A model generated the notes under the pieces. It was not told where the DNA came from, made no database searches, and saw only the letters and a program-made list of their open reading frames with translations. Both the position numbers and the translations under genes were made by a program. A stretch of 64,000 nucleotides of DNA from Chloroflexota bacterium (GTDB taxonomy: Bacteria; Chloroflexota; UBA11872; VXOZ01). Below, in pieces: positions 48,753-58,508 of the stretch. The first letter of the stretch is position 1. Every line of letters begins with the position of its first letter. The stretch spans positions 2,624,001-2,688,000 of the forward strand of contig OZ244922.1 of the NCBI GenBank assembly GCA_965221905.1, given 5' to 3'.

Positions 48753-49940
48753 CTACAGAATCCCGCCTAGCGTTTTCTCAATGCGCGCCAAGCCCTCGTC
48801 CGCTTCCGCATCTGTCAGCGTCAGTGCCGGGGCTATGCGAATGCTGGGCGGCGCCACACGGTTCACGATGAGGCCGCATTCCAAGGCGTGCGCAAGAAAC
48901 TTCTCTGCTCGTTCTTCACCCAGATCGAACGCGAGAAGCAGCCCTTTGCCGCGTATGTTCGTAATCGCGTTGCCGTGGCGGGCGCTGATCTCGGCAAGTC
49001 CGGCCTTGATGCGTTCGCCCTGGCGCGTGGCATTATTCCACAACTCGTTCTCGATAATATGCTTCACCACGGCTGCGGCGCCCGCACAGACGAATGGATT
49101 GCCGCCAAACGTAGAGCCGTGATCGCCGGGCACAAAAACGGCGGCGCGTTCGTTGACCATGCAGGCGCCAATAGGCAGGCCGCCTCCCAGCGCCTTTGCC
49201 AACGCCAACACGTCCGGCTGGATGCCGTAGTGCTCATAGGCGAATAAGCGCCCCGTACGGCCGATGCCGGTCTGCACTTCGTCGAGCGCCAGCAGCAAGT
49301 TGTGCTCGTCGCACAGCGCGCGCAGCCCTTGGACGTAGTCCTGGTCTGCCTCATACACGCCGCCTTCGCCCTGTATGAGTTCCACCAAAATGCCGGCGGT
49401 TTTTGGGCCCACTGCTGCCTGGGCCGCCGCAAGGTCGTTGAAGGCCACCCGCACGAATCCCTCCGGCATGGGCACAAAGTCTTCCTGATAGTGCGGATTC
49501 GCCGTTGCCGCCACGGCAGCTATCGTGCGCCCATGGAAGGCATCGCTCATCACGATGATTTCATAGGCCCCGTCGCGGTTTAGCTTGCCGTACTTTCTCA
49601 CTATCTTGATCGTGGTCTCCAGCGCCTCCGAGCCGCTATTCACGAAGAATACGCGGTCAAGCGTAGAGTTCTCAACCAGCAATTCCGCTAGTTCGTATTG
49701 CCGCGGCACGTGAAAGAGCGAAGAGGTGTGCAGCAAGGTAGTTGCTTGCTTTACGATCGCTTTCACCTGCACGGGATGGGCATGGCCCAATGCATTTACG
49801 GCTATGCCCTGCAAGAAGTCGAGGTAACACCTGCCGCGATCATCCCACACCCAGGAGCCGTCGCCGGACACCAACGTAACCGGCAAGCGGTTGAATGTGT
49901 TCATGTAATACTGCTTCTCTTTGGCAGGCCAGTCGGTCAT
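48753..49940 (-). CDS. argD: Acetylornithine aminotransferase
   Basis: GIAVNALGH, NSGSEA, FHGRT, IQGEGG, DEVQTG, LAKALGGG, HGSTFGGNP. Confidence 0.93.
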   Translation of the reverse strand: MTDWPAKEKQYYMNTFNRLPVTLVSGDGSWVWDDRGRCYLDFLQGIAVNALGHAHPVQVKAIVKQATTLLHTSSLFHVPRQYELAELLVENSTLDRVFFVNSGSEALETTIKIVRKYGKLNRDGAYEIIVMSDAFHGRTIAAVAATANPHYQEDFVPMPEGFVRVAFNDLAAAQAAVGPKTAGILVELIQGEGGVYEADQDYVQGLRALCDEHNLLLALDEVQTGIGRTGRLFAYEHYGIQPDVLALAKALGGGLPIGACMVNERAAVFVPGDHGSTFGGNPFVCAGAAAVVKHIIENELWNNATRQGERIKAGLAEISARHGNAITNIRGKGLLLAFDLGEERAEKFLAHALECGLIVNRVAPPSIRIAPALTLTDAEADEGLARIEKTLGGIL

Positions 49941-50147
49941 GCCGCTCTCTTCCTTCCCACAAAGCTGAAAAAACACTCTTTGCCTAGTATAACGCAGCGC
50001 TAGTCGGTTTTGAACCGCGTTAGCCTCGTCTACACCCGGACAGACGGTGTCCACTGCTGCAATCGTGCATGGACAGAGAGCACTAAAGACGCTACACTAG
50101 CGCGCAGCAGTTGTTATTTCCTCAAATTGTCATGGAGTTCTCACCTC

Positions 50148-51008
50148 ATGAAGTTCATCCTGTTCTCCAAGCATCTTGAGCATCTCAGCTACGAGGAGCT
50201 TGCGGATACGATTGCCGGCATCGGCTTGGACGGCGTTGATCTGACTGTGCGCAGCCCAGGGCACGTGCTGCCCGAAAACGTCAAGACCGATCTCCCCAAA
50301 GCCGCCAAAGCAATCCGCGACCGGGGCTTGGAAGTCGGCTGGATTACGACGAACATCTACAGTGCCGATGCCCCCTACGCCGAGGACATCCTGGCGACTG
50401 CCAGCGACCTGGGCATATCGCAGTTCAAGCTGGGCTATCACAAGTACGAAGGCTTCGGTAACATCAAGCGCCAGATTGCCGAGGTGCGGGATGCCGTCCG
50501 AGGCATCGAACGCCTCTGCCACAAATACGACGTGTGCGGGGGCATGCACGTCCACTCCGGTCCAAACTTGGCTGCGGTGGCTCCCATCATCGGCTTGCAG
50601 ATCGAGGGCTTCGACCCACAGGCTATCGGTCTCTACGCGGACTTTGGGCACATGGGCTTGGAGGGCAGCTTTGGCGGCTGGATTCAAGGACTAGACCTGC
50701 TCTCCGATAGGCTGGTCATGCTCGCGCTGAAGAACATGGGACAGTTCTGGGAAGAAGACGCAAAGACCGGCGAGTATAAGTGGAACCGGAAGCTCGTGCC
50801 CGTCGAACGCGGCTTCACGCCGTACAAGGAAGCGTTCGGCTACCTCAAGCAGATTGGCTACGACGGCTACGCCTCATTCCACAGTGAGTACCAAGGCGCC
50901 GCCTCGTGGAAGAGCCTGGCCCACGACGAACTGATCGAACAGACGAAAGCAGACTTTGCTTATGTCAAGGGTATCTGCGCGGAACTGGGTATTCCTCACG
51001 GTGCGTAG
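50148..51008 (+). CDS. Sugar-phosphate isomerase/epimerase, xylose-isomerase-like TIM barrel
   Basis: LFSKHL, GLDGVDLTVR.PGHV.PE, HVHSG, DFGH, SFHSEY. Confidence 0.85.
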   Translation: MKFILFSKHLEHLSYEELADTIAGIGLDGVDLTVRSPGHVLPENVKTDLPKAAKAIRDRGLEVGWITTNIYSADAPYAEDILATASDLGISQFKLGYHKYEGFGNIKRQIAEVRDAVRGIERLCHKYDVCGGMHVHSGPNLAAVAPIIGLQIEGFDPQAIGLYADFGHMGLEGSFGGWIQGLDLLSDRLVMLALKNMGQFWEEDAKTGEYKWNRKLVPVERGFTPYKEAFGYLKQIGYDGYASFHSEYQGAASWKSLAHDELIEQTKADFAYVKGICAELGIPHGA

Positions 51009-51107
51009 GAGGCACGCCGTACGGCGAAGGTCTAATGGGGACTGCCAATACGCAGCGCGAGAGGTCGCGCAATGAAACGGCACACGCATATCTAGCGAGG
51101 AGAAAAC

Positions 51108-52439
51108 ATGGCACCACAACCCGCGATTCTCGGTGGCGAACCCGCCGTCACGTTGGACCACAGCTACTACGCGCAGTGGCCGATCTACACTGAAGAAGAG
51201 GTGGAAGCAGTTTCGGACCTCATTCGCAACCACGCCCTCGCCAGCCAATTCGGTGGATCGGGGCCAATTACAGACTTGGAGCGGCAGGTAGCAGAGACAT
51301 GGGGCGTCAAGCACGCCTTGGCTCATTCGTCAGGCACGGCGTCGCTGCGGGCGGCGCTCTTTGGCGTCGGTGTCGCCCCCGGTGACGAGGTAATTTCGCA
51401 ATCAGCCATCCATCCCTTCAACTGCCTGCCGATTGTCGGCAGTGGCGCGATACCGATCTTCGCCGACATCGATCCGGTCACCCTCACCCTCGACCCGGCG
51501 GACGTAGAGCGCAAAGTCACGCCGCGTACTAGAGCCATCATGGTCGTCCATTGGCCCGGCTGTCCGGCGGACATGGACGCCATCATGGACATCGCCGAGC
51601 GGCATTCTCTGCGCGTGGTGGAGGACAACGCGATCTCGCAGGGGACAACCCATCGCGGTCGCATGGCTGGCACCATTGGCGATGCCGGCGCCATTAGCTT
51701 TCAACACGGCAAGAGCACGTCAGCCGGTGAGGGCGGCGTCTTCATGACCAACGACACGGAGATCTTCCAGCGCGCCGCGTCATTGGGTCACTACGAGCGC
51801 CTGAGGGATTTACCTGATCCAAAATGGCGCGCCGTAAGCGGCTTCAGCTTTGGCGAAAAGTACCGCATGGCGACCCTATCCGCAGCTATCGGCAGCGTCC
51901 AGATGAAATACTGGAAAGAACGTCTCGCCGTGCGGCATGCAAACACTGACAAGCTGGGTGAAGCTATAGCCGCAATCGACGGGTTTGCCGCGCCCGATTA
52001 TCCCGATTACTTCCCTTCACCCTACCAGAGCGGCCGCATCATGTTCGATCCCAATGCGCTCGGCGGCATCTCCCGCGAGCGGCTGCTCCAGGCGCTTCAA
52101 GCCGAAGGGGCGCAGGTATCTTCACCCGCTCAAAAGGACACGCACACCCCTCACGCAGGCAGACTCACGCATATGCTCCACAAGCACCCGGTGTTCGCGG
52201 GCAACGAGCACGGGACCGGAGACATCCTGTGGGAAGTACTTGGAGCAAACGTCACTCGGGTGGACTACAAGAACGTGACTCTACCCGTCACCGAAGACCC
52301 GGAGATTCCCTACGATTCAATTCGTGTGCCCAGCTTCACCCGTCCGGCGGATGAACTGATCGAACAGTACGCCGCGGCCTTCGCCAAGGTCGCCGCCAAT
52401 GCCGACAAACTGAGCGGGGCTCTAGTCGAAGCCCGTTAA
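51108..52439 (+). CDS. DegT/DnrJ/EryC1/StrS PLP-dependent aminotransferase
   Basis: SSGTASL, PGDEV, PIFADID, VVEDNA, SFQHGKSTSAGEGG. Confidence 0.9.
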   Translation: MAPQPAILGGEPAVTLDHSYYAQWPIYTEEEVEAVSDLIRNHALASQFGGSGPITDLERQVAETWGVKHALAHSSGTASLRAALFGVGVAPGDEVISQSAIHPFNCLPIVGSGAIPIFADIDPVTLTLDPADVERKVTPRTRAIMVVHWPGCPADMDAIMDIAERHSLRVVEDNAISQGTTHRGRMAGTIGDAGAISFQHGKSTSAGEGGVFMTNDTEIFQRAASLGHYERLRDLPDPKWRAVSGFSFGEKYRMATLSAAIGSVQMKYWKERLAVRHANTDKLGEAIAAIDGFAAPDYPDYFPSPYQSGRIMFDPNALGGISRERLLQALQAEGAQVSSPAQKDTHTPHAGRLTHMLHKHPVFAGNEHGTGDILWEVLGANVTRVDYKNVTLPVTEDPEIPYDSIRVPSFTRPADELIEQYAAAFAKVAANADKLSGALVEAR

Positions 52440-52575
52440 TTCATAGCCTCATTTATGTAAATGCCGGTGCGTCTTGTCCCTCGGTCGTGGCCTAATGGCG
52501 ACACTGACGGTGGAGGTGACTACGACCATCGTCCTTGTACGCTGAGAAATTCTACTCGTCAACCTCACAAAGAAC

Positions 52576-52613
52576 GTAGCGCGGGGGCTTGTCCCCCGCT
52601 CTTTAGCCCCTAC
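52576..52613. repeat. GTAG-type REP-like palindrome between convergent genes
   Basis: GTAGCGCGGGGGCTTGTCCCCCGC...CCCCTAC. Confidence 0.55.
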
Positions 52614-52876
52614 AGAAGACCCAAATGGGTCCCGCCGCACGGGTTACCACTTCTGCGCTATACCGTCTTATCGGCGGCTCTCGAGCTACGGCAAATGCAT
52701 TCATACTCCAAGCCGACTCGGCATTCACGTGAACAGACATCCATGTCCGGCAGCCGGGTGGCGTGCAAGGGCTGACACTCACAGTCATGGCGACACCGCG
52801 ACTCCGCTATCCCTCGTCGCAGCTAGAGTTCTCCGACCACGCACGCGTCTTCCGTCGGTCCCAATCTCATCATTTG

Positions 52877-53728
52877 TCACACTATCCCCAGCAGGCGCGC
52901 CCCATTCTCCCAAATCAATGCCTGGCGGTCCTCAGCGCCGAGTTGCGCTCTATTCAAGAATTCAAGGGCGCGGCGCTGCGACATGAGAGGAAAGTCGCTT
53001 CCAAAGAGCAAGCGGGATGTGCCAAGCTGCGCACCAATCCGGTAAACCTGTGGGTCATAGAGATAGGGCGTAGCCGCCGAATCGTAATAGGTCATGCGCG
53101 TAAGCTCTTCAATCTCCGGCATGAGTGAATAGAAGAGGAGTCCGCCACCCCAATGCGCCAACACGATGGGCACGTCCTGCGCCATCCCCAGCAGACGGAC
53201 CAGCTTTTCCGGCGTCGTCCCGCCCTTACCTGGGTAGCCGTGCCCCAATGGCTCGCTGGCATGCAAGAGCATGACCATGCCGTGCGCCCGGCACGCCTCG
53301 ATGACGGGCCGCATAGTCTGCTCATCTGTTACGTCGAAGCGCTGCCCGTCCGCATTGAGCTCACCGACACCGCGAAAGCCCAGGGCAGCACAGCGCTCGA
53401 TCTCGCGTGCAGCACCCGGATCGCCCGGCACAACCGTACAAAACGGCACAATCTGGCGATACGGCCGCAGAGCTTCTAGAATAGAGTCATTCGTTTCGCT
53501 GCAGAATCCTGGGTCACACCAGCCGAAATTCAGCGCCACGGCAGCGGAGACGCCGTCACGATCCATCGCACTCGCCAGGTCGGCAGCAGTAGCCAGGCGA
53601 CTCTGAGGCGCTGCGTAGAGGGATGCAAACCAAGGCTCGTTTGCAAAGTGCCGTTCACGCGCCTTTACAACTTCCGCGGGAAAGACATGAGTATGAAAGT
53701 CAAGAACGCGCTCGCTGTCTATTTGCAC
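52877..53728 (-). CDS. Amidohydrolase-family protein (amidohydro_2 type)
   Basis: LDFHTHVFP, GFRGVGEL, LLHASEP.GH.YPGKG, LAHWGGG, LFGSDFP; GTG 53728 with SD GAAGGGA. Confidence 0.88.
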   Translation of the reverse strand: MQIDSERVLDFHTHVFPAEVVKARERHFANEPWFASLYAAPQSRLATAADLASAMDRDGVSAAVALNFGWCDPGFCSETNDSILEALRPYRQIVPFCTVVPGDPGAAREIERCAALGFRGVGELNADGQRFDVTDEQTMRPVIEACRAHGMVMLLHASEPLGHGYPGKGGTTPEKLVRLLGMAQDVPIVLAHWGGGLLFYSLMPEIEELTRMTYYDSAATPYLYDPQVYRIGAQLGTSRLLFGSDFPLMSQRRALEFLNRAQLGAEDRQALIWENGARLLGIV

Positions 53729-54886
53729 ATTCCCTTCTGTCGGGTGCGGTGTCCTTACTGCGATTTTAACACGTACTCCGGCATGCAGTCGCTCGTACCG
53801 GCGTATGTGGAGGCATTGTGTCGCGTAATTACCCGCGAGGGTGCGGCCAGCGGCTTTCACGCCGCGCGCACAGTGTATTTTGGCGGCGGCACCCCATCTC
53901 TGCTGGAGCCTAAGCACGTGGCCCAACTCATCGAAGCAGTCAATGTCGTCTTGCCGCTCACTGCAGACTGCGAAATCACCCTGGAAGCCAACCCGGTTAC
54001 AGCCGACGCCGAGCGCTTTGCCGGATTTCGGGCTGCCGGTGTCAATCGCCTCTCTTTTGGCGTGCAGAGCTTCTCGGATCGGCTCCTCAAAGTGCTGGGG
54101 CGTGACCATAATGCCGCGCAAGCCAAACGCGCCTTGCACCTCGCACGACAGGCCGGTTTCGAGAACGTAAGCCTTGATCTGATGTACGCGGTCCCCAATC
54201 AGTCGCTTGCCGACTGGCAGCATGACGTGGCGCGCGCCCTGGCGCTTGCACCGGAGCACCTGTCGCTCTACTGCCTCACCGTGGAAGCCAGCACGCCCTT
54301 TGCACGCTGGGTAACCAATGGCCGCATTAAGCTTCCCTCCGATGACATTGCCGCGGACATGTACGCGTATGCATCAGAATACCTGGCAGTCGCTGGCTAT
54401 GAACACTACGAAATTTCGAACTGGGCGCTGCCGGGCGGAGAAGGGCAGCACAACCAAATTTACTGGCGCTACGAGCCGTACCTGGGTCTGGGCGCCGGCG
54501 CGCACGGCTACCTGCACGGAACACGCACCGAGGAGATACATAAGCCCCGCGAGTACATTGAGCGAGCGCTGTGCGGCGAGTCGACCGTCCTGCGCCAAGA
54601 GAACATCTCGGAACCAACTGCTATGGAGGAGAGCATCTTCCTCAACCTACGGCTGATGCAGCGGGGAATTCTGCGTCAAGAATTTGCAGCCCGATTCGGC
54701 ACGGATCCGGTAACCCTGCTTGGTCGGGAGCTTGCAGAATTGACCCGCGCGAACCTGGTGTCAATTGACGAACAATCCATCCGCCTCACGCCAAACGGCT
54801 ACTTCTTGGCTAATGAAGTCTGCGTCCGGCTCATATCCGCACTGGATGCAGGCAGCTTAACCGCCACTATTACTGCGAATAGCTGA
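53687..54886 (+). CDS. hemW: Radical SAM heme chaperone HemW
   Basis: YLHIPFC.. CPYCDF (CxxxCxxC), YFGGGTPS, EANP, YEISNW, HNQIYW, GLGAGAHG. Confidence 0.92.
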   Translation: MSMKVKNALAVYLHIPFCRVRCPYCDFNTYSGMQSLVPAYVEALCRVITREGAASGFHAARTVYFGGGTPSLLEPKHVAQLIEAVNVVLPLTADCEITLEANPVTADAERFAGFRAAGVNRLSFGVQSFSDRLLKVLGRDHNAAQAKRALHLARQAGFENVSLDLMYAVPNQSLADWQHDVARALALAPEHLSLYCLTVEASTPFARWVTNGRIKLPSDDIAADMYAYASEYLAVAGYEHYEISNWALPGGEGQHNQIYWRYEPYLGLGAGAHGYLHGTRTEEIHKPREYIERALCGESTVLRQENISEPTAMEESIFLNLRLMQRGILRQEFAARFGTDPVTLLGRELAELTRANLVSIDEQSIRLTPNGYFLANEVCVRLISALDAGSLTATITANS

Positions 54887-55159
54887 ACGTAGACTGGACT
54901 GTCTATGCATTGAGGGTGATCATAGCCGCGTGTCTAATGCTGTGCATTAGTTCTGCCTGGGTCTATCGCAGGGCTTACGTTGGAGTTGCTGCGCTAGTGC
55001 GCGGTCGGTACCACAACCATACCGCAGCGGCAAAGTTTGGCTACAGGTCTGAGGAAACGGCGAGGTCGCAGGTCAGCACGCCGGCCCGATTCATGAAACC
55101 GAAGACGGCAAAACCCTTGAGCTACGCCCGACGTCCCGGGCTTTCCGATTAGTCCATGG

Positions 55160-56431
55160 TCAGGGGGCCGTCGATGGGCTGGGTTGGCCTGAGGCTACTG
55201 CGCTGTCCGATTGTGGGTTGCCAGTTTCCCTCTTCCTATGGAAGTGCTGCACCATCAACAACCCAATGGTCGCGACGGTTACTATCACGATTGCTCCATG
55301 CACGAATCGGATCGCACCAGGAGGAAACGTGTCCCACAGTGCCCCTACGGCAATCGTGAATCCGAACAGCCCTAACACGAGGTATGCGACGAGCATACTG
55401 ATTTGCAGTTTCTTGGCTCTTGCTTGAGCCATGAAAAATGCGATGATGGAGTACACGGCAACGCACGAGAATGCGGTCCAGCCGGCGCGGACAAAATGCG
55501 TGCCGATCTCTGCCCCGGACAGGTGCCTTGTTCCCCACCATAACGCATCCAAAACCTCCACGGCGATGACTGCTATCAGGACGTACACCACCCGACGCAC
55601 CACCCGGTAGATTCGGTCCGGGCCGATGGCGACAAGGGACACGTACCCGCTATACATCCCACACACTCCAACGCCGATCAGCGAGAACATCGCCCGCCGG
55701 AGCTCGTTGGGGCCGCCGGCGAAGTCGGTCCACACTTGCCAAATCATGATGAATAGCCCCACGCAGAGTCCGGCCGCCCATACCATGGGTAGTTGTCTCA
55801 GGACCTGCCCAAGCGCCCCTGTCCGGTCGCGGTAGCTGAGGACAAGGTAGGCATTGGCAACTACACTCAACATGATCCCAATGATGATCAACATGGTGAA
55901 GAACAGGTCCTCAAGGTTCAAGATTGAGAGGTCGAAGCGGAGTGAAACCAGTCCGAGTACGGCCCAAGTTAGGATGCCTGCAGCAGCAGTCCAAATGAAT
56001 AGCGGTGTTACAATTGCAAAGAAGCCACCGGATGGGTCAATCCTCAGGAAGCGCCTATATCCGCTCCAAGCCTCGCCTACCGCCACCGCAGCAACATCCT
56101 TGCGCGGCTGCCTACCGGCCACGCCTGCCGCGGCGGGAGCATCATCCTGGCGCGGTCGCCTCCTGGCCTCGTCTGCAGCGGCAGGAGCGTCGTTCTTGCG
56201 CGGTTGCTCGCTGCCTTCGTCTGCCGCCACCGGAGCGTCTTCCTGGCGCAGCCGCCTACTTCCCTCATCGGCCGCCAACGGAGCGTCATCCTGGCGCGGC
56301 TGTCTGCTGGCTTTGCTTGCTGCCACGGGAGCATCATTTTGCCGGGTTGGCGTTCCACATTGCGCGCAAAACTTGGCGCCTCTATCCAATTCGCTGCCAC
56401 AGTTAGTGCAGAACCTGCTAGTAAGCTCCAT
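55160..56431 (-). CDS. Zinc-ribbon membrane protein with a tandem-repeat linker
   Basis: FCTNCG...FCAQCG, repeat linker, about 8 TM segments. Confidence 0.8.
   Translation of the reverse strand: MELTSRFCTNCGSELDRGAKFCAQCGTPTRQNDAPVAASKASRQPRQDDAPLAADEGSRRLRQEDAPVAADEGSEQPRKNDAPAAADEARRRPRQDDAPAAAGVAGRQPRKDVAAVAVGEAWSGYRRFLRIDPSGGFFAIVTPLFIWTAAAGILTWAVLGLVSLRFDLSILNLEDLFFTMLIIIGIMLSVVANAYLVLSYRDRTGALGQVLRQLPMVWAAGLCVGLFIMIWQVWTDFAGGPNELRRAMFSLIGVGVCGMYSGYVSLVAIGPDRIYRVVRRVVYVLIAVIAVEVLDALWWGTRHLSGAEIGTHFVRAGWTAFSCVAVYSIIAFFMAQARAKKLQISMLVAYLVLGLFGFTIAVGALWDTFPPGAIRFVHGAIVIVTVATIGLLMVQHFHRKRETGNPQSDSAVASGQPSPSTAP
56060..56344 (-). repeat. About six 48-bp (16-aa) tandem repeats
   Basis: RQNDAPVAASKASRQP / RQDDAPLAADEGSRRL / RQEDAPVAADEGSEQP / RKNDAPAAADEARRRP / RQDDAPAAAGVAGRQP / RKDVAAVAVGEA. 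Confidence 0.85.
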
Positions 56432-56699
56432 GCAACTACCTTTCTTCCCAGTTATCTGGTCTTTCCTGATTTCTGGCTCAGAGCCTTGTCACCACATGCA
56501 ACAAATAGCTTGTAGTGCTGACATCCAGTAGTATAAGACATACCGTGCGACTTAGTGAATCGCTGGCTATGTGCAAACCTCACTGCGCAGCGCCGCTACT
56601 TAGAAAAGTCCTGCGTACCCAACAAGAGGTGCACATTGAAGTAGCTGCCAGTAGTGATATTGCTAGTTCTACACGCCGCTCACTTTGGAGGCAGTTGCC

Positions 56700-57545
56700 A
56701 TGTTTCGCTATGTGTTGGGTTTCATACTTGCTGTCGTCATCATCACTGCCGGTATCGTCGCGATAGTAGCTTTTTACGAAGAGGAAACTCCGGCATCGCG
56801 CCCCGCGCCTGCTGAGGAAGCTGCGAATCGCGGCACCGAGTCTAAGCAATTGGCGCCCGAGCCAACCCGCGCGACCTCTCCCGCTAGCCCAACCCCAGCG
56901 CCTACAGTCCTGCCTCTGCCTACGCTGCCGCCTTTGCCTAAAGCCACGCCCTATCCTGCTGGCGACCCCGAGCTCTACGGTGCGATTTGGCGGGGTACCA
57001 GCGATGCGGAAAGGTTGCAAGCTCTCGTTAATGAAGGTAGAGAGGTTAATGCCAGCAACGATCAGGGCGATCCGTTCTTGTACACAGCGATCTGGCGGGC
57101 CTCCCCGGAGAAAGTACAGATACTTGTGGACGCCGGTGCGGATGTAAACGCGCGCGATAGCGATAATGATCCGATGCTTTACACCGCGATTTGGCGAGAC
57201 AGGATCGAAGCGCTGCGCATTCTGGTGGAAGCCGGTGCGGATGTGAACGCGCGAGACAGCAACAACAATCCGCTTCTTTACACCGCGATTTGGCGTGAAA
57301 AGAACAAGGCGTTGCAGATACTCGTAGCCGCTGGTGCGGATGTGAATGCGCGCGACAGTGACAACGACCCGCTTCTCTACACCGCGATTTGGCGGGACAA
57401 GATTGATGCGCTGCGGATACTCGTCGACGCCGGCGCGGACGTAAGTGCCCGATTGGCCGATGGCCGGTCGCTCCTGGCGGTGGCGAGTCTACAGGGCACC
57501 CCTGAAGCCGTACAGATCTTGCTTGATGCTGGCGCAAAAGAATAG
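56700..57545 (+). CDS. Membrane-anchored ankyrin-repeat protein
   Basis: N-terminal TM, Pro-rich linker, 33-aa repeats NARDSDNDPLLYTAIWR...LVDAGADV at 99-bp spacing; SD GGAGG. Confidence 0.92.
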   Translation: MFRYVLGFILAVVIITAGIVAIVAFYEEETPASRPAPAEEAANRGTESKQLAPEPTRATSPASPTPAPTVLPLPTLPPLPKATPYPAGDPELYGAIWRGTSDAERLQALVNEGREVNASNDQGDPFLYTAIWRASPEKVQILVDAGADVNARDSDNDPMLYTAIWRDRIEALRILVEAGADVNARDSNNNPLLYTAIWREKNKALQILVAAGADVNARDSDNDPLLYTAIWRDKIDALRILVDAGADVSARLADGRSLLAVASLQGTPEAVQILLDAGAKE

Positions 57546-57699
57546 CAGGAAACGGAGCGGTGTGCTGCCGGGGGCAAGCCTTGGAAACCAGAGCGATCGC
57601 AAGACCGGCTTCAGCAGGATGAAGGGACGCTGGAAGGTGATCAATGGGTGCTGGTGTTGCCGGTTAGCAAGTGTCTAGTGTCCCGTTGCCTGCCCGGCA

Positions 57700-57840
57700 G
57701 CTTCACCCCCTCGAACCAACACTCTCCGGAGGCGTGTGGCACTAATTCTTCGTCCGGCCCGTAGCAACAACAGACCTCAGCCAGCTAGAAGTGTAACCTA
57801 TGTCCCCGAACAACTGTTACCCATCTCCCCGGTCTGTACA
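57700..57840 (+). mobile_element. Remnant terminal end of an IS481-like element
   Basis: Tandem TGTAACCTATGTCCCCG / TGTTACCCATCTCCCCG ending in TGTACA; no intact transposase. Confidence 0.55.
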
Positions 57841-58044
57841 GTTTATACAGCGGTAGATGAACAAGATGAGGATCACCGCATTGGAAACACCCACCGCATG
57901 TCCCCCTCAGTACGATGCTGTCCCACATGTAGCGTCAATACATCTCACCCACTGATTGTCCCAATCCTCCAAGGTTGCTACTATTGCATGCAGAGACGCG
58001 CGATCCAAAGCTAATTGAGAGGACCCGCGAAGGAGATTGCCCTC

Positions 58045-58410
58045 GTGCGCGCGAATTACGATAGTGCTATGCCCTTCGACTTTGACGGGTTGTGCATTCG
58101 GGAACTCACTCCCCGTAGTTTAGAAGCAGCCTCAATCGCAGCAATCGACGTACCTCCCGGCGCACGGCATCGCACCGCACGCTCAAGCAAGAGAGAAAAG
58201 CTCTACGTTTGCCTCGAAGGGTTCATTTCATTCGTCGTCCAAAACCGAGAGACGACACTAGGGCCTCTGGATGTCTTGCACATCCCCACGCACGAGTGGT
58301 TCCGCTATTTCAACGAGAGCGGAAAGCCTGCTAAACTGCTGCTGATACATATCCCGCCCTTCGATCTCGCTAGCGAACAGTTTTTGGAAGCGCAGGACGA
58401 CAGTAATTAG
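58045..58410 (+). CDS. Cupin-domain protein
   Basis: VPPGARH, EKLYVCLEG, LGPLDVLHIP; SD AAGGAG before GTG 58045. Confidence 0.75.
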   Translation: MRANYDSAMPFDFDGLCIRELTPRSLEAASIAAIDVPPGARHRTARSSKREKLYVCLEGFISFVVQNRETTLGPLDVLHIPTHEWFRYFNESGKPAKLLLIHIPPFDLASEQFLEAQDDSN

Positions 58411-58508
58411 GTGCAGGAGAAGAGGAGGAGTGTAGCGGAAGCAATATCGTGTGGGAACAGTAAGCCAAGTCTATGTGTAATTCAACGACAATCTAAAGGG
58501 AGAATAAA

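Noticed and set aside
53729-54259. 177-aa N-terminal extension of the amidohydrolase ORF
   Set aside because: It is an antisense shadow of hemW; recognisable amidohydrolase sequence begins only near 53710.
53687-54886. Radical SAM enzyme as the RiPP maturase
   Set aside because: The motifs identify HemW (HIPFC, HNxxYW); it has no SPASM or RRE domain and lies 18 kb away.
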